Shown here: positions 50,367 through 63,300 of the stretch, piece by piece
Layout: every line of letters begins with the position of its first letter
Position numbering within the stretch: the first letter of the stretch is position 1
From: Candidatus Poribacteria bacterium
GTDB lineage: Bacteria > Poribacteria > WGA-4E > WGA-3G
Direction of reading: 5' to 3'
NCBI GenBank assembly: GCA_965197475.1
Contig: CBDANF010000002.1
Span: 768,001-832,000 of the forward strand
Length of the DNA stretch: 64,000 bases
Position numbers and translations under genes: made by a program
Notes under the pieces: model-generated
What the model saw: the letters and a program-made list of their open reading frames with translations, nothing else
The model's database searches: none
What the model was told of the DNA's origin: nothing

Positions 50367-53300
50367 ATGCCAAAGCGAACAGATATAGAAAAAATCTTAA
50401 TTATAGGATCCGGCGCGATTATCATCGGGCAAGCGTGTGAATTTGACTACTCCGGAACACAAGCATGTAAAGCACTCAAAGAAGAGGGCTATCAGATTGT
50501 TCTGGTTAATAGCAACCCTGCTACAATAATGACCGACCCAGATTTCGCCGACCGCACCTATATTGAACCGATTACAGTAGACACGGTCGAACTTGTCATA
50601 GAGAAAGAACGACCACACGCGTTGTTACCGACATTGGGCGGACAAACCGCGTTGAACGTTTCGGTTGAACTAGCTGAATCGGGTGTGCTGGATAAATACG
50701 ATGTTGAACTGATCGGTGCAAAACTACCAGCGATTCAGAAAGCGGAAGACCGTGCGTTGTTCAAACAAGCGATGAAAAAAATCGGTTTAACTGTTCCTAA
50801 GAGCGGCATAGCACACTCTTTGCAAGAAGCAAATAAGCTTATTGATCCAATTGGTTTTCCTGCAATTATTCGTCCTGCATTTACACTCGGTGGCACAGGC
50901 GGCGGCATCGCATACAACATTGAAGAATACCAGAAAATGGTCGCAGCAGGTCTCGCTTTAAGCCCTATCAGCGAATTGCTCATTGAAGAATCTATCATCG
51001 GTTGGAAAGAATTTGAATTAGAGGTGATGCGCGATGGTGCGGATAACGTGGTCATCATCTGCTCCATCGAAAACGTTGATCCAATGGGTGTTCATACTGG
51101 GGATAGTATCACCGTCGCCCCCATCCAAACATTAACGGATAAAGAATATCAGTTGATGCGAGATTCAGCGATTAAAATCATCCGAGAAATCGGTGTGGAT
51201 ACGGGTGGATCCAATATCCAATTTGCTGTTGATCCGAAAACAGGTACACAGGTTGTCATTGAAATGAACCCGCGTGTCTCTCGTAGTTCCGCGCTTGCTT
51301 CAAAAGCAACGGGTTTCCCTATTGCCAAAATTGCTGCGAAGTTGGCTGTCGGTTATAATCTCGACGAAATCCCAAACGACATCACCGCTGAAACTCCTGC
51401 CTGCTTTGAACCGACTATTGACTATGTTGTTGTCAAAATTCCGAGATGGGCATTCGAAAAGTTTCAAGGCACCGATGAAACACTCACAACACAAATGAAA
51501 TCAGTGGGCGAGGCGATGTCAATCGGTGGCACCTTTAAGGAAGCACTCCAGAAAGGATTACGTTCTTTAGAAACCGGATGGTCCGGATTTGATAACCACC
51601 CCATTGAAGAAATGCCACTTTCAGAACTCTCAAGCAAATTAACAATCCCGAACGTTGAACGTATCTTTTACATCAAATCTGCTCTCAAACGTGGGATGAG
51701 CATTGAAGAAATCTATTCCTATACACATATCGATCCGTTTTTCCTATACAACTTCCAAGAAATTGTAGATTTTGAAAAACGCCTTACTGCTCCACACGCA
51801 CGACCCATAATAGAAAACGGAAACCAACCGGATGCAGAAGTCATATCTCTCTTACGACAAGCGAAACAACTCGGTTTTTCTGATCGACAACTCGCTGAAA
51901 TCTACGATATGTCAGAAACTCAAATTAGAGAAAAACGAAAAACACTCGAAATCGTAGCAACGTTCAAAACCGTTGATACTTGTGCAGCAGAATTTGAGGC
52001 GGAGACACCTTATTATTATTCAACCTATTCAAGTGAGGATGAGGTGCGTCCTACAGATAAAGAGAAAATCATGATATTAGGTGGTGGACCTAACCGTATC
52101 GGGCAGGGGATCGAATTTGACTACTGTTGTGTGCACGCCGCAATGGCACTTAAAGCGGATGGTTACGAAACCATCATGGTAAACAGCAACCCCGAAACGG
52201 TAAGCACTGATTATGACACCTCCGACCGCCTCTACTTTGAACCGTTGACATGTGAAGATGTCTTGAACATTTATGACAAGGAAAAGCCCTCTGGAGTCAT
52301 CGTACAATTTGGCGGACAGACACCACTGAATTTAGCAATGGCACTGCAAGAGGCAGGCGTTCCGATAATCGGAACAAGTCCAGAAGATATTGCGCGTTCT
52401 GAAAATCGCCAGCTTTTCAAAGAGGTGTTAGATGAAATCGGACTGATGCAACCGCCGAACGGCACCGCAACTTCAAGCGAGGAAGCTGTCCCCATTGCAG
52501 CAGCACTCGGATATCCGGTGATTGTCCGCCCCTCGTTTGTGCTTGGTGGACGCGCTATGCAGATTGTTTACGATGAAAAGCTCCTACAGGAATATATGGA
52601 CACCGCTGTTCAAGCCTCACCTGAGCATCCTGTGTTAATTGACAAATACCTTGAGGAAGCAATCGAAGTGGATGTAGATGCTATCTCTGATGGGAATTTA
52701 ACTGTCATTGGTGGTATCATGGAGCATATTGAAGAGGCAGGTGTCCATTCTGGTGATAGTGACTGCGTGCTTCCACCGTATACACTGGTAGACGATCAGA
52801 TTGACCAACTCAAAGAGTACACTTATGCACTTGCGGAAGCACTAAACGTACGCGGATTGATGAATGTACAGTATGCGATAAAGAACGATGAAATTTATGT
52901 CCTTGAGGTGAATCCACGTGCTTCTCGAACGATACCGTTTGTCAGCAAAGCTATCGGTGTGCCGCTGGCAAAATTAGCAGCGCGTGTGATGGCAGGAAAA
53001 ACACTTCATGAACTCGGGTTTACAAGCGAAATTGAACCTACCTATTTTAGTGTGAAAGCACCCGTTTTTCCATTCAACCGATTCCCCGGTGCCAATTCTC
53101 GACTCGGTCCCGAAATGAAATCAACTGGAGAAGTCATGGGAATTGACTACGATGTCTCTCGCGCTTTTGCAAAAGCACAAAAAGCGTGTGGTTATACTTT
53201 ACCCCTGAAAGGCAATGCTTTTATCAGTGTGAGAAACAAGGACAAACGCGCGGTCATCTTTATAGTTAAAAAACTCACCGATATGGGTTTTGAACTCATA

Positions 53301-53603
53301 GCTACACACGGCACAGCGAAAGTCCTACTACGTAATGGAATGGACGTTCAACTCGTCTATAGCATCGGAAAGGGCAGACCAACAATTCATGACTATATCA
53401 AAAACCATGCGGTTGACTTGATTATCAACACGCCGACAGGCGATTTGCACCGAACTAATGAACTACTTATCCGTCAGATGGCGATAGAGCATGATATTCC
53501 TATCTTCTCAACTATTCCAGGTGCAGCGGCTGCCGTCAACGCTATTGACGCACTACAACGCGGAGAAATATCAGTCACACCACTCCAAGATTATCATAAA
53601 TAA
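50367..53603 (+). CDS. carB: Carbamoyl-phosphate synthase large subunit
   Basis: [18 protein letters not shown], duplicated ATP-grasp domains, MGS domain. Confidence 0.98.
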   Translation: MPKRTDIEKILIIGSGAIIIGQACEFDYSGTQACKALKEEGYQIVLVNSNPATIMTDPDFADRTYIEPITVDTVELVIEKERPHALLPTLGGQTALNVSVELAESGVLDKYDVELIGAKLPAIQKAEDRALFKQAMKKIGLTVPKSGIAHSLQEANKLIDPIGFPAIIRPAFTLGGTGGGIAYNIEEYQKMVAAGLALSPISELLIEESIIGWKEFELEVMRDGADNVVIICSIENVDPMGVHTGDSITVAPIQTLTDKEYQLMRDSAIKIIREIGVDTGGSNIQFAVDPKTGTQVVIEMNPRVSRSSALASKATGFPIAKIAAKLAVGYNLDEIPNDITAETPACFEPTIDYVVVKIPRWAFEKFQGTDETLTTQMKSVGEAMSIGGTFKEALQKGLRSLETGWSGFDNHPIEEMPLSELSSKLTIPNVERIFYIKSALKRGMSIEEIYSYTHIDPFFLYNFQEIVDFEKRLTAPHARPIIENGNQPDAEVISLLRQAKQLGFSDRQLAEIYDMSETQIREKRKTLEIVATFKTVDTCAAEFEAETPYYYSTYSSEDEVRPTDKEKIMILGGGPNRIGQGIEFDYCCVHAAMALKADGYETIMVNSNPETVSTDYDTSDRLYFEPLTCEDVLNIYDKEKPSGVIVQFGGQTPLNLAMALQEAGVPIIGTSPEDIARSENRQLFKEVLDEIGLMQPPNGTATSSEEAVPIAAALGYPVIVRPSFVLGGRAMQIVYDEKLLQEYMDTAVQASPEHPVLIDKYLEEAIEVDVDAISDGNLTVIGGIMEHIEEAGVHSGDSDCVLPPYTLVDDQIDQLKEYTYALAEALNVRGLMNVQYAIKNDEIYVLEVNPRASRTIPFVSKAIGVPLAKLAARVMAGKTLHELGFTSEIEPTYFSVKAPVFPFNRFPGANSRLGPEMKSTGEVMGIDYDVSRAFAKAQKACGYTLPLKGNAFISVRNKDKRAVIFIVKKLTDMGFELIATHGTAKVLLRNGMDVQLVYSIGKGRPTIHDYIKNHAVDLIINTPTGDLHRTNELLIRQMAIEHDIPIFSTIPGAAAAVNAIDALQRGEISVTPLQDYHK

Positions 53604-53613
53604 AGGTAAAAAA

Positions 53614-54414
53614 ATGGCAAACGATTCTACTCAAAGAAACACACGTTGGGTTCAGGCCCTTGATAGAATACTTCAGGTAATTAACCTTGACGAGGATCAT
53701 CCTGTCAGAATTCTGACAATTGAAGACGGCAGAGAAGTGGTTGTCGTACAACCGAACGCTTTCACAGTCTCACGGATTTATGCTTCAGGCCGCCCTGATG
53801 GCGCGTGTCCTCACGGAATGGATTCATACTACGACTATTTTTATGGAAAATTGGAAAAATATGAAGAAGAAAACGGTAGCCGAGAAGGTTTTGAATTGAC
53901 TGAGGAGGAGTGGGAAACGTTGTTTGAGGAATCTTTCCATCGATATACTCGTTATTTACTATTCGCTGGCATTAAACGGTGGCAAGATGTGCGACGTGAT
54001 ACAGACACAAATTTATCCGCAACTAATTTGGCACGAGAATTCGCACCATCAGAGATCGCTTGGCGAAGTTATCAGTATAAAGGGTATATGATTATGATGA
54101 ACAGTATCGCTAAAGCGGAATTGAGCCTACAAGAGGATGATACGGACACCGCTTTACAACAAATTGACAGTGGCATTCAACAGATTGGGGAATTCTGCGG
54201 TGAATGTTTGCGCGAAGAGCACGGGGAAGCAGAGAATATTACACGTGAACGCTATCTTAGCAACTTGATTGAATTCCGATCTGATTTAGAAACACTCGGA
54301 ACAGAAGATGAAAACGGTGATGAGACAAATGAAGATCAGGACGATACAGATCTTTTGACTGAATTAGAACGTCTATTGAACGATGTAGACACACCGCAAC
54401 AGGAAAGAGAGTAG
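53614..54414 (+). CDS. Conserved hypothetical protein with acidic tail
   Basis: GRPDG..PHG.DS motif; probable start ATG 53614, 10 nt after the carB stop. Confidence 0.65.
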   Translation: MANDSTQRNTRWVQALDRILQVINLDEDHPVRILTIEDGREVVVVQPNAFTVSRIYASGRPDGACPHGMDSYYDYFYGKLEKYEEENGSREGFELTEEEWETLFEESFHRYTRYLLFAGIKRWQDVRRDTDTNLSATNLAREFAPSEIAWRSYQYKGYMIMMNSIAKAELSLQEDDTDTALQQIDSGIQQIGEFCGECLREEHGEAENITRERYLSNLIEFRSDLETLGTEDENGDETNEDQDDTDLLTELERLLNDVDTPQQERE

Positions 54415-54540
54415 GTGGACACAAGGTTCCCCACTGGAATGCCCCAATCAATAGTATTTGCCCAACCTACTCATATTATCTACCATGTCTTACAAGACAA
54501 TTCTAACAATTCTTTAGACACTACTTAGAATTTCCATTCT

Positions 54541-55158
54541 TCATCCCTCGTTTCTCGTTTCTCGTCGTGCCTGCAGTAGCACACCACCTAAAAATAGGAA
54601 GGCAACGCCTCGGATCAAAACGTGCCAGTAGAAGTTGACCACTGGGATAAAGGTAATCGCAAAGACGATTGCTGAAAGTATCAGCAGGTACGCAGAAGGC
54701 GGATTTCCCCACGAACGGAGTGATATGCCATAACAGAGTGCTGCCATAGAAAATAGGAACGCTCCAATGAGTGTAAGAGCTTGTGCCCATTCGTTCCATA
54801 CCTCGCTGAATGTATTCCCAAAATCCTCCGTTGCTGTCGCTTGTATTAATTCATTAAGAGTATTCAGTGGTGCAGTTTGCGAACAGTGTGCTATCAGTTC
54901 CAGCACTATCCAAAGTACTGCGAACCCCACCCCTAAAAGCGCACCTGTTTTCGCCTCTTTGATTAGTAGAACAGTCGTTGCTACAACTGTCGGGACTACC
55001 AAAATAAGCATCACTACACTGACACCATGCATAGCCTCATGGTTTGACTCAGATTGGACAATGAACCAAATACTTGTGAATACCATGAGGACCCCACTGA
55101 GAATGGAAGTTGCGCCACCGAGCATATATAAATTCTTTGAATCATCAATCATATACAT
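54541..55158 (-). CDS. Integral membrane protein (about 6 TM)
   Basis: Hydrophobic segments. Confidence 0.7.
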   Translation of the reverse strand: MYMIDDSKNLYMLGGATSILSGVLMVFTSIWFIVQSESNHEAMHGVSVVMLILVVPTVVATTVLLIKEAKTGALLGVGFAVLWIVLELIAHCSQTAPLNTLNELIQATATEDFGNTFSEVWNEWAQALTLIGAFLFSMAALCYGISLRSWGNPPSAYLLILSAIVFAITFIPVVNFYWHVLIRGVAFLFLGGVLLQARRETRNEG

Positions 55159-55641
55159 AACCCCTTTTTATAACCCTTATGTAAATTGATAGATATTTCG
55201 ATATGTCAAATATATCATATAATTTTTATCAAACATAGTAATCTCTAAATTTCACGAATATAAATCGTTGAGTTTACTGTCAAATTGATTTCCTTACAAT
55301 AGAAATGCATACAGAAAAAATAAAGATACTATTTCAATAGTATACTCAAGAGTGGCTTCAAAGTCAACTAAAATTCCAAAAGCATATTTCCCTGATTCAG
55401 ACACTTCACAAAATATGTCCAATCCCATTACAAACATTCTTGTTGACGAACAATAAAAACATCAGGTATAATCTATACAGAATGGGTGTGAGCGAATTTG
55501 AGATATGCTGTATTGATAAGACAAATAAACAAAGTTCAGTAAAACACATAACCATTTTCTCGTAAGCATGCTTCAAGCAGGACGGGTATACGGATCCATC
55601 ATATTGACTTTACTACATTCTCAAGGAAAGAGCAGAAGGCA

Positions 55642-57069
55642 ATGAACATCCAAAAAAACGTATTGATTGTAGATACTGATACCCGACAACGTGAGGTTAT
55701 TTGCCAAACCCTTGACGGTGAAGGACTCAATCTTATTGTCACAGAAAATATGTACCAGGCTTTTCATCGAATTGAACATCTGAAGATGAACATCCTGATC
55801 GCGCCTCTGAAAGCAGAACGGATTGATGGGTTAGCCTTATTAGAAGCTGCAATTCGTCACCATCCTGATGTTGGTATCATTTTTATCACTGCTCCCAACG
55901 TTTTAGAAACCGATATCGGTATCAAAGCGATGCTGGCACATGAAGGAACTTATTTTGTCTACAAACCGCTTAATCCTGTTCACCTGAAATCTCTCCTCCA
56001 TAAAACACTTCAGAATCAACGACTCACTTTTGAAAACCGCCAACTGCGATCACAAATTGACGAAAAGGAAGGGCTATGTAGACTTACGGGTAAATCGCCA
56101 CAACTCATACATATTCGGGAGATGATTACGCAAATTGCACCGACAAAGGCGACAGTTATGATTTATGGTGCGCGTGGAACTGGGAAAGAACTGGTGGCAC
56201 GTGCCATACACCATAGGAGTTTGCGACAAGGGGATCTCATCGCTTTTAACTGCGCAACCCTTAATGAGAATTTGGCAGAATCCGAACTCTTTGGACATGA
56301 ACGCGGTGCCTTCAGTGGTGCTTATTATTTGCGTAAAGGGAGATTTGAACTCGCGCACGGCGGCACGCTTTTCCTTGACGAAGTTTCTCAACTTAGTCTT
56401 TCTAATCAAGCACGCCTACTACGCGTGCTTGAAGAGCGAGAATTTGAACGCGTGGGGGGAGATAAGACGATTCAGGTTAACGTCCGAATTATCTGTGCTA
56501 CGAACCATGACTTAGAAGCCACCTGCAGTAGAAGGGAATTTCTACACGATCTCTATGATCGACTTAACGTTGTTTCCATTAACCTACCAACGCTTCAAGA
56601 ACGGATTGAAGACATACCACTACTTGTCAAAGATTTTCTTGAAGAATTTTGTAGAGAAAACGGAAAAGCATTGAGAACCCTCACGCCAGAAGCGGTTCGA
56701 GCGTTGATGAAATACAGCTGGCCCGGCAATGTACGCGAATTGAAAAACTGCATTGAAGGGCTTGTCGTTATGTCAACACAAGAGACTTTACAACTTACGG
56801 ACCTACCTGAACGTATCCTCAAGGCTACAGACGAAACGAATTCTATCATCTCTTCAGTCCCAACCCTCCACAAAACAGGTTCTTCTGACAACGGAAGTAC
56901 CCACCTTAACGTTGCAGTCGGCATGTCGCTTGAAGAGATTAATCGAGAAGTTCTCAGAGCTACACTGGAATATACGGACAATAATAAGGCAAAGGCAGCT
57001 AAAATACTTGATATAAGTCGGCGGACAATTCAACGGAAAGCCAAAGAATACGGGCTTTGTGATGATTAA
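55642..57069 (+). CDS. NtrC-family enhancer-binding protein with a degenerate receiver domain
   Basis: GARGTGKE, ESELFGHERGAFSGA, LFLDE, WPGNVREL, Fis-type HTH. Confidence 0.92.
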   Translation: MNIQKNVLIVDTDTRQREVICQTLDGEGLNLIVTENMYQAFHRIEHLKMNILIAPLKAERIDGLALLEAAIRHHPDVGIIFITAPNVLETDIGIKAMLAHEGTYFVYKPLNPVHLKSLLHKTLQNQRLTFENRQLRSQIDEKEGLCRLTGKSPQLIHIREMITQIAPTKATVMIYGARGTGKELVARAIHHRSLRQGDLIAFNCATLNENLAESELFGHERGAFSGAYYLRKGRFELAHGGTLFLDEVSQLSLSNQARLLRVLEEREFERVGGDKTIQVNVRIICATNHDLEATCSRREFLHDLYDRLNVVSINLPTLQERIEDIPLLVKDFLEEFCRENGKALRTLTPEAVRALMKYSWPGNVRELKNCIEGLVVMSTQETLQLTDLPERILKATDETNSIISSVPTLHKTGSSDNGSTHLNVAVGMSLEEINREVLRATLEYTDNNKAKAAKILDISRRTIQRKAKEYGLCDD

Positions 57070-57318
57070 GGGTAGTAGGCACGCTTCGCGTGCCGTAAAC
57101 AAGTTCAAAGAGACACCAAATGCCAGGCGCGCATTTGGCATTGGTTGATTCACCGAAGAAATTGGGATTAGAAAGCCTTCCACAAGAGAGAATGGCGTTC
57201 AACATATCCGTTTTACGCTATTAACCTACAGTTCTAAATCGCCATTTATGCGTTCACGTTATTCAACACAACCTATGTACTGTTACTGTAGGCGCGCTTA
57301 TTGGGAATGCTACTGTTT

Positions 57319-58104
57319 CTATTGAGACTGAAGTTTCAGTTTATTTGCATACGACCTTTTGTAGTAATCTGTCTCTTTCAGACCTGATGCCGCGGCTTCA
57401 TCAATTAAAACGACTGTTTTTGGATGCATCTGTAAAATTGATGCGGGCAACATTGCTGTAATCGGACCTTCTACCGCTTTTGCGATTGCAGCCGATTTTG
57501 AAGTACCACTTGCCAAAAGCAAGCACTGTCGCGCCTCCATAATGGTGCCAATTCCCATCGTAATCGCCATTCCTGGAACCGCGTTAATATCCCCACCGAA
57601 ATGTGTAGCATTTACCGTAAGAGTACTTTCTGACAGGGTTACTATGCGGGTTCGTGACGCAAGGGATGAATTCGCCTCATTAAAGCCGATATGTCCATCA
57701 GTACCGATACCAAGTACTTGAATATCAATCCCACCAGCATACACAATCGCTTCCTCATACACTTGACAAAACGCCTCATGGTTATCAGCAATATTCTGGG
57801 GAATATGTTGATTCTTCAGTGGAATGTTGACATGGTCAAAAAAGTGCTTCACCATGAAAGTGTGATAACTTTCGGGGTGTTCACGGGGAATGCCAACGTA
57901 TTCATCCAAATTAAAGGTAGTAACCCCAGAAAAATCAAGGCCATCATCTTTGTGCATACGGACGAGTGCTTTGTAAAACCCTATGGGTGTACTCCCTGTT
58001 GCCAATCCTAAAACAAGGTTAGGCTTCTTTAGGAGCGCATCCCGAATGATTTCGGAGGCGATAGCAGCGAGTTCCTGATAAGCGGGTTGAATTATAACTT
58101 CCAT
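57319..58104 (-). CDS. nagB: Glucosamine-6-phosphate deaminase
   Basis: LGLATGSTP, FNLDEY, GIG.DGHIGFNE, AITMGIGTI. Confidence 0.96.
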   Translation of the reverse strand: MEVIIQPAYQELAAIASEIIRDALLKKPNLVLGLATGSTPIGFYKALVRMHKDDGLDFSGVTTFNLDEYVGIPREHPESYHTFMVKHFFDHVNIPLKNQHIPQNIADNHEAFCQVYEEAIVYAGGIDIQVLGIGTDGHIGFNEANSSLASRTRIVTLSESTLTVNATHFGGDINAVPGMAITMGIGTIMEARQCLLLASGTSKSAAIAKAVEGPITAMLPASILQMHPKTVVLIDEAAASGLKETDYYKRSYANKLKLQSQ

Positions 58105-58118
58105 TTATATACTCAACG

Positions 58119-58907
58119 TTATACTTCTCCAGCAATAATTTTGTTCATATCCGCACTAATTTGATGTACCGTGCTTTCCGGATCGTCCGCACCGACAGGG
58201 AGTTCGGCTGTCATGTAGTCATCATATCCAACATCTTTTAGAGCAGTCATCACAGCGTTCCAATCAATTGTGCATTCTTCAATCAAGTAGGTAAACCGGT
58301 GCTCATTTGCATTGAAGCCTTTCACATGCACCTTGGAAATCCGAGAACCGAGCGAACGGATCCAGTGTTGTGGAAAACCGTATGCCACAATATTACCGAC
58401 ATCAAAATAAGCTGTCACTGCATCACTCTCAAATTCATCAAGGTAACGCGAAAATTCTATAGGGCTCAGCAGAAATTTATTCCATACGTTCTCTATTGCA
58501 ATTGTCAGTCCTTTTTCTTTGGCAGTGGGGATCAATTTCCGTATTTCTTTTTGGGAACGATGGTACGCATCTTCATAAGTCGTCTTCTGATTGACAACTG
58601 CTGCAACGAGCAGCACCGCATCAGCACCTATAACGTCAGCAGTTGCCAAAGAATCAAGCATTGCATGATGCGAAACTTCACGGACTGAAGGATCGGCATC
58701 TGAAAGCGGATGGGACCAGTGTTTTCCATTCATTACACTGCACAACTCAATTCCGTTATCTGTGGCTAGCTGTTTTATTTTGACACGTTCTGTCTCGCTT
58801 CTTAAAGTTCCAATTTCAACGCTGTCAAATCCTGCTTTTTTCGCGAGATGAAACCGGGCATTCGTTGAATCACCAGGTAATGACCCGATACATATTCCTT
58901 TTTTCAT
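58119..58907 (-). CDS. Sugar phosphate isomerase/epimerase (hexulose-phosphate epimerase-like)
   Basis: IENVWNKFLLSP.E, YFDVGN, VHVK; start MKKGI at 58907. Confidence 0.88.
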   Translation of the reverse strand: MKKGICIGSLPGDSTNARFHLAKKAGFDSVEIGTLRSETERVKIKQLATDNGIELCSVMNGKHWSHPLSDADPSVREVSHHAMLDSLATADVIGADAVLLVAAVVNQKTTYEDAYHRSQKEIRKLIPTAKEKGLTIAIENVWNKFLLSPIEFSRYLDEFESDAVTAYFDVGNIVAYGFPQHWIRSLGSRISKVHVKGFNANEHRFTYLIEECTIDWNAVMTALKDVGYDDYMTAELPVGADDPESTVHQISADMNKIIAGEV

Positions 58908-59096
58908 TATGTTCCTCTGTATGTGGGAGTTTATATATTGTAGTATAGACAAACAGAATTTATAAATTAAGAGAATTTATATGTTTCACAAAAATACGGT
59001 GAAAGAAACAGGATAGGTGGGATTCTGTTAACGTACAAATAATGAGGAAAATATGAGGCAGCAAGGGACTGCCTCATATACTGGTATATAGATAAT

Positions 59097-59888
59097 TTAT
59101 CTTGCTTTGAGTTTTCCCCACGTTGTCGCAAGTTTATCTTTCGGTTCAACAGGTAGGAGTAGACCGTCCTTAATATCTGTAATGTCATCTACACTGAGAG
59201 CCCTGTTGAAGATATAGAGTTCATCAAGGTGGAACGTAGCAGCTCTATAATTGGGACTTTTCCCGATATACAGTTTATCCGCACCTTGTGTATGCGCGGC
59301 GGGAACATTATATTGACCTCTTGAAACCCCGTCAACATAAAAGGTTAATTGTCCACCAGCTTTAATACCAGCAATGTGATACCATTTCTGGGTTTCAAAC
59401 TGGGTGTTGTCGCCATTGGGACCAACGTAACCAGCACCTCCGTTACCTGGGTTAAACCGGTAGTGAATCCCTAATTCATTCGGACGGACCCAAATACCTG
59501 GTGAACGGTCTTCGCCCGGGGCAGGTTTAGCAATAATTTGGCTCCAAGCACCGTTCGTGCCTTGAATGAAATAGACCCAAAAGAGATAACTGTTGTCCTG
59601 GTACTCTGCTAACTCCTTGAAAGATTCAACATGAACGCTCGCGTTCTGATCTCTGATTTCCAGAGATCCTAATCCATGAACCTTCTCCTGGGTTGTTATT
59701 TCTGCACCAGCCATAAGCACACCGTCATTTCCTCCATTGGTTCCATCTGTAACCTTGCCACCATTTTCTCTATCAAAACCGAGGTAGAGGATCAAACCTT
59801 CATCACTGACAGCGGCCTGTGATGACAATTGCCCTCCTCCCTACGCAATACTGAGAGTTATAATGCATAGATACGTAACAAATCTCAT
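59097..59888 (-). CDS. LamG-like protein with an in-frame TAG in its signal peptide
   Basis: AGGAGG plus ATG 59888 reads MRFVTYLCIITLSIA*GGGQLSSQA; KWYHIAG, LDELYIFNRALS, PVEPKDKLATTWGKLK. Confidence 0.82.
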
Positions 59889-60339
59889 TAGTGTATACCT
59901 CCTTAAAGTATACAAATAGGTTTAATGTTATGATGCAGGTCCGTTTTAGTGACCAGCAGATTATTTTACTAACAACCTATTTTACAAAAAACGTTTAAAT
60001 TTGTCAAGAAAATTAAGAATTAATATAGGGTCATTTAGTTTTCTGAAAATAAAATGGCCAAAAAGCTAAAACTATGGTAAATTAACGTCAGTTCGAAATT
60101 AGGATTCAATGCAGTGCTTTGTCTACTTTCAAATTGTAGTTAAAATTGTTTAGATATCGGATACCTTTGTTGACAGCAACCCTTCTTCTGTAGGAGCGAC
60201 CCGATAAATGCCACACGCCAAGTGTCATAAGCGCACTCGGCGTTGATTCATTGGCCGCGACTTTTATACCATAGATATAGGTGGACATAGCACTGGAAGA
60301 CCGTTGAATTGATATCTATTTTGTCAAACCCACATCATA

Positions 60340-63300
60340 TTAACGCTGCACAACCAGTTTCCGAGTTGTAGAAAAACTACCAGCCTCAAGCCTATAAAAA
60401 TAGATGCCACTCGCAACGACTTCGCCCATTACATTTCGTCCATTCCAATGGGCAGTATGTTTGCCAGATAGCTGGAATCCCAGCGGTTGATGTAATATTA
60501 GACGACCCTGTGCATCGTAGATGGAGAGGCTAACTTGTAAATCTTTGGCAAGCGAATAAGGAATCCAAGTTTCGGGATTAAACGGATTAGGATAGTTTTG
60601 GAAAAGTTGATTTCGGAGTGACGAGGTAGAAAGTGTTGTTTGATAAGATCGATTTTCTGGTTGTCCTTCAACTGCAAGGTTCAAACGATCTGTGTGAACG
60701 CGAAACATTTTGAGTTCGTATAAGTCACAGACGTAAAGTGCGCTGTTGTTGGCGACGAGATCAAAGGGAGCTAGTAGATGTGTATTGCGAGAGAGGCGAA
60801 GCATTGTACGCGTATCTATAATTTGAAGACTTTCACTATCAAGCAGGTAAAGATGATCCTCATTTACTGCAGCAGCAATCGGTAACCTTGTCTCTGTATA
60901 TTCTGCCAAAACCGTTAGTTCGTTCGGGTTTTGCGCATCCATTTGTAAAACTCCCTTGCGATTATCTAAAACATATACGTGTTCTCCATCAAGAGCGACA
61001 TTTGTTGCTGCACCTTCTGTTGGAAAGTGAGAGATAGGACGTGGAAGCGCAGGTTCAGAAATATCAAAGATATGAACCCCACCTTCAAGTGAAGCAACAT
61101 AAGCGTGCGAAGTGTTAAAAGCAATTTTATATGCGCTACCTTTGAACGCTCGCCTTGAAACAATTTGGCTACGTTCAGGATCGCTAATGTCAACTATAAT
61201 AAGAGATTTGGCACATAGGTATGCATAACCGTCTATTATCGCAATTGCCCAAACAGGGTCTGATGTGCGGATATGTGTGTAGGTTTCTCCTGTCTTCAAA
61301 TCAACAACATCCATTCCGATATCCGTGCCAACGAAAGCATGTTGGTTTTCAATCTTAACACTTAGCGCACCTTGAGTACCGGTAATGGTACGGATATCTT
61401 GTGTTATCTTTCCGTTGTAAGGATCAGTCAATTCAGCTATTTTTAATCCACCGGTCCCATTCGCGATAGCGATGGTCGTTTTATCAACATCGTTGCTAAC
61501 ATCAAGCGCATAAGCGATTCCGCTTGCATCATAGTGATTTATCCAAATCGGCATTTTGGGCTTTGTCACATCAAGGGTTTGTATACCACCCTTTCCATCT
61601 GCAATATATGCATAAGTTGCATCATTATTGTTAGAACGCCAGAATGTAACATTTTCTGCATTTCCAATAGTGGGTTGAGATGAAATCACACGCGGTATAT
61701 CTAAATTATTCACATCAACAATATGAAGACCTGCCTGCTGGTCAGTCAAGTAAAGTAAACCTTCGTAGAACTTCACGCCTGAAACCAACCCTGGTGTATT
61801 TACCTGAGAAATCGGTTCTGGTGCTAAAGGAGCACCAATATTCAGAATACGTAAATTACTGGAAGCGATGAGCGCATATTCCCCAAGAATCTCAAAATCA
61901 AGTGCCAGCAATGGAATTGTGTTTGTAACTGCAAAATCGCCAAGAGGGTCTGGAGTCAAAATGTATAGTCCCTGTGTATTGTCACTTAAATAGACTTTTC
62001 CTTCAGCGTTTGTTGAAACTTTAAAAGGTGTTCCCGCCGTTATAAAGGTTTGTTTTGGATGTGGGTTTTGATTGTTGCGGATGTCCTCTTGTCTGAAAAC
62101 CAAAAGTCCACGTCCTGTATCAAGCGCATATAAGTTTCCGTTTGCTAAATGAATATCGCGTGCATCTTGAAACCCACCGAGTGTTTTTAATAATTTGGGT
62201 GAGGTTAGCGGATTAACTTCAATAACTTGCACACCCGATTTACCGTCTGCAATATAGACAGTGTTTCCCTCAACGGCGACAGCTTGCGCGTTACCCGGTG
62301 TCGCAATTTCGCCAATTCGCGTGGGCGAAGGGTCTAAAGAAAATATTTCCAACCCCCAGTCACTCGCAGCAAAAGCTTTATCTTCTTGAATTACAATCTC
62401 GTGATAATTGCTTGATAGGTGGATTTGTGTCATGGGTTCAATTTTAGGAGACAGATTTGATGCGATTAAGGAAGATCCCACATGACGACCTAAACTAATC
62501 GATTCCGAGTTACTACTTGGGAGGTAGACTACTGAATTAGGGGGCAAAAGGTGTTGGGATTTTTCCAAATCCCTTCGTGATATTTTGGGCAATTTTTCTA
62601 TGTCAATCTCTGCATCCGCTGCTCCATGTTTGGCAACATATCGGAACGTTTGCGGGTATTCAGAAGTGACGATTAACAGAATTTCTCCTTCATTCCTTAA
62701 ATTACCAATTTCAATCTGGTTCGTATGGTGTGTATCTCCAGCATTTATATCTGAGATGGACGGAATAGGTTTGACGACCAGGACGTTAGTATTCGGCGCA
62801 AGATAGACAATATTGGCGTAAAGACGGGCTTGCGTGTCTGCTTGTAGCGTAAGTTGAAGGTTTTCGGGTAGATTTTGAAAAAGAACGTATTGTGTGCTCC
62901 AACTGTCAATTGGAAAATCATCAGAAGTAGTCGGATAACGTGTGATGCGTGGGGTATGCGCTGTAATTTTCCGATTAAGTAGGTTCAGATAACCAAAGGA
63001 TTTTCCCTGCGTTGTGTCGTTAAACCAATTCGCGATTCCCCAATTGAGAAACACATCGGCAAAATTTTCGTTTTCACCTAATGTTGCAGCAATTGCGGAC
63101 AGACCGAGTGTGTCTTCAGCTGCGAGTTGGCGAATAAAGTTAATACCACCGTGATTTTCATAGAGGTAAAGAACAAGCATAAAAGCTGCGCCGTAATAGG
63201 TATCAGTATTATTTGCAGTTGTTAGGGACATACTTGGGGCTGCGAGATAATTATCAACAAAAAGCGTATGCACTGTTCCGTAAACACCCCATTCTGTGAA

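Noticed and set aside
55642-57069. RtcR, the regulator of rtcB/rsr loci
   Set aside because: The N-terminus is receiver-like rather than CARF, and the gene is about 35 kb from rsr.
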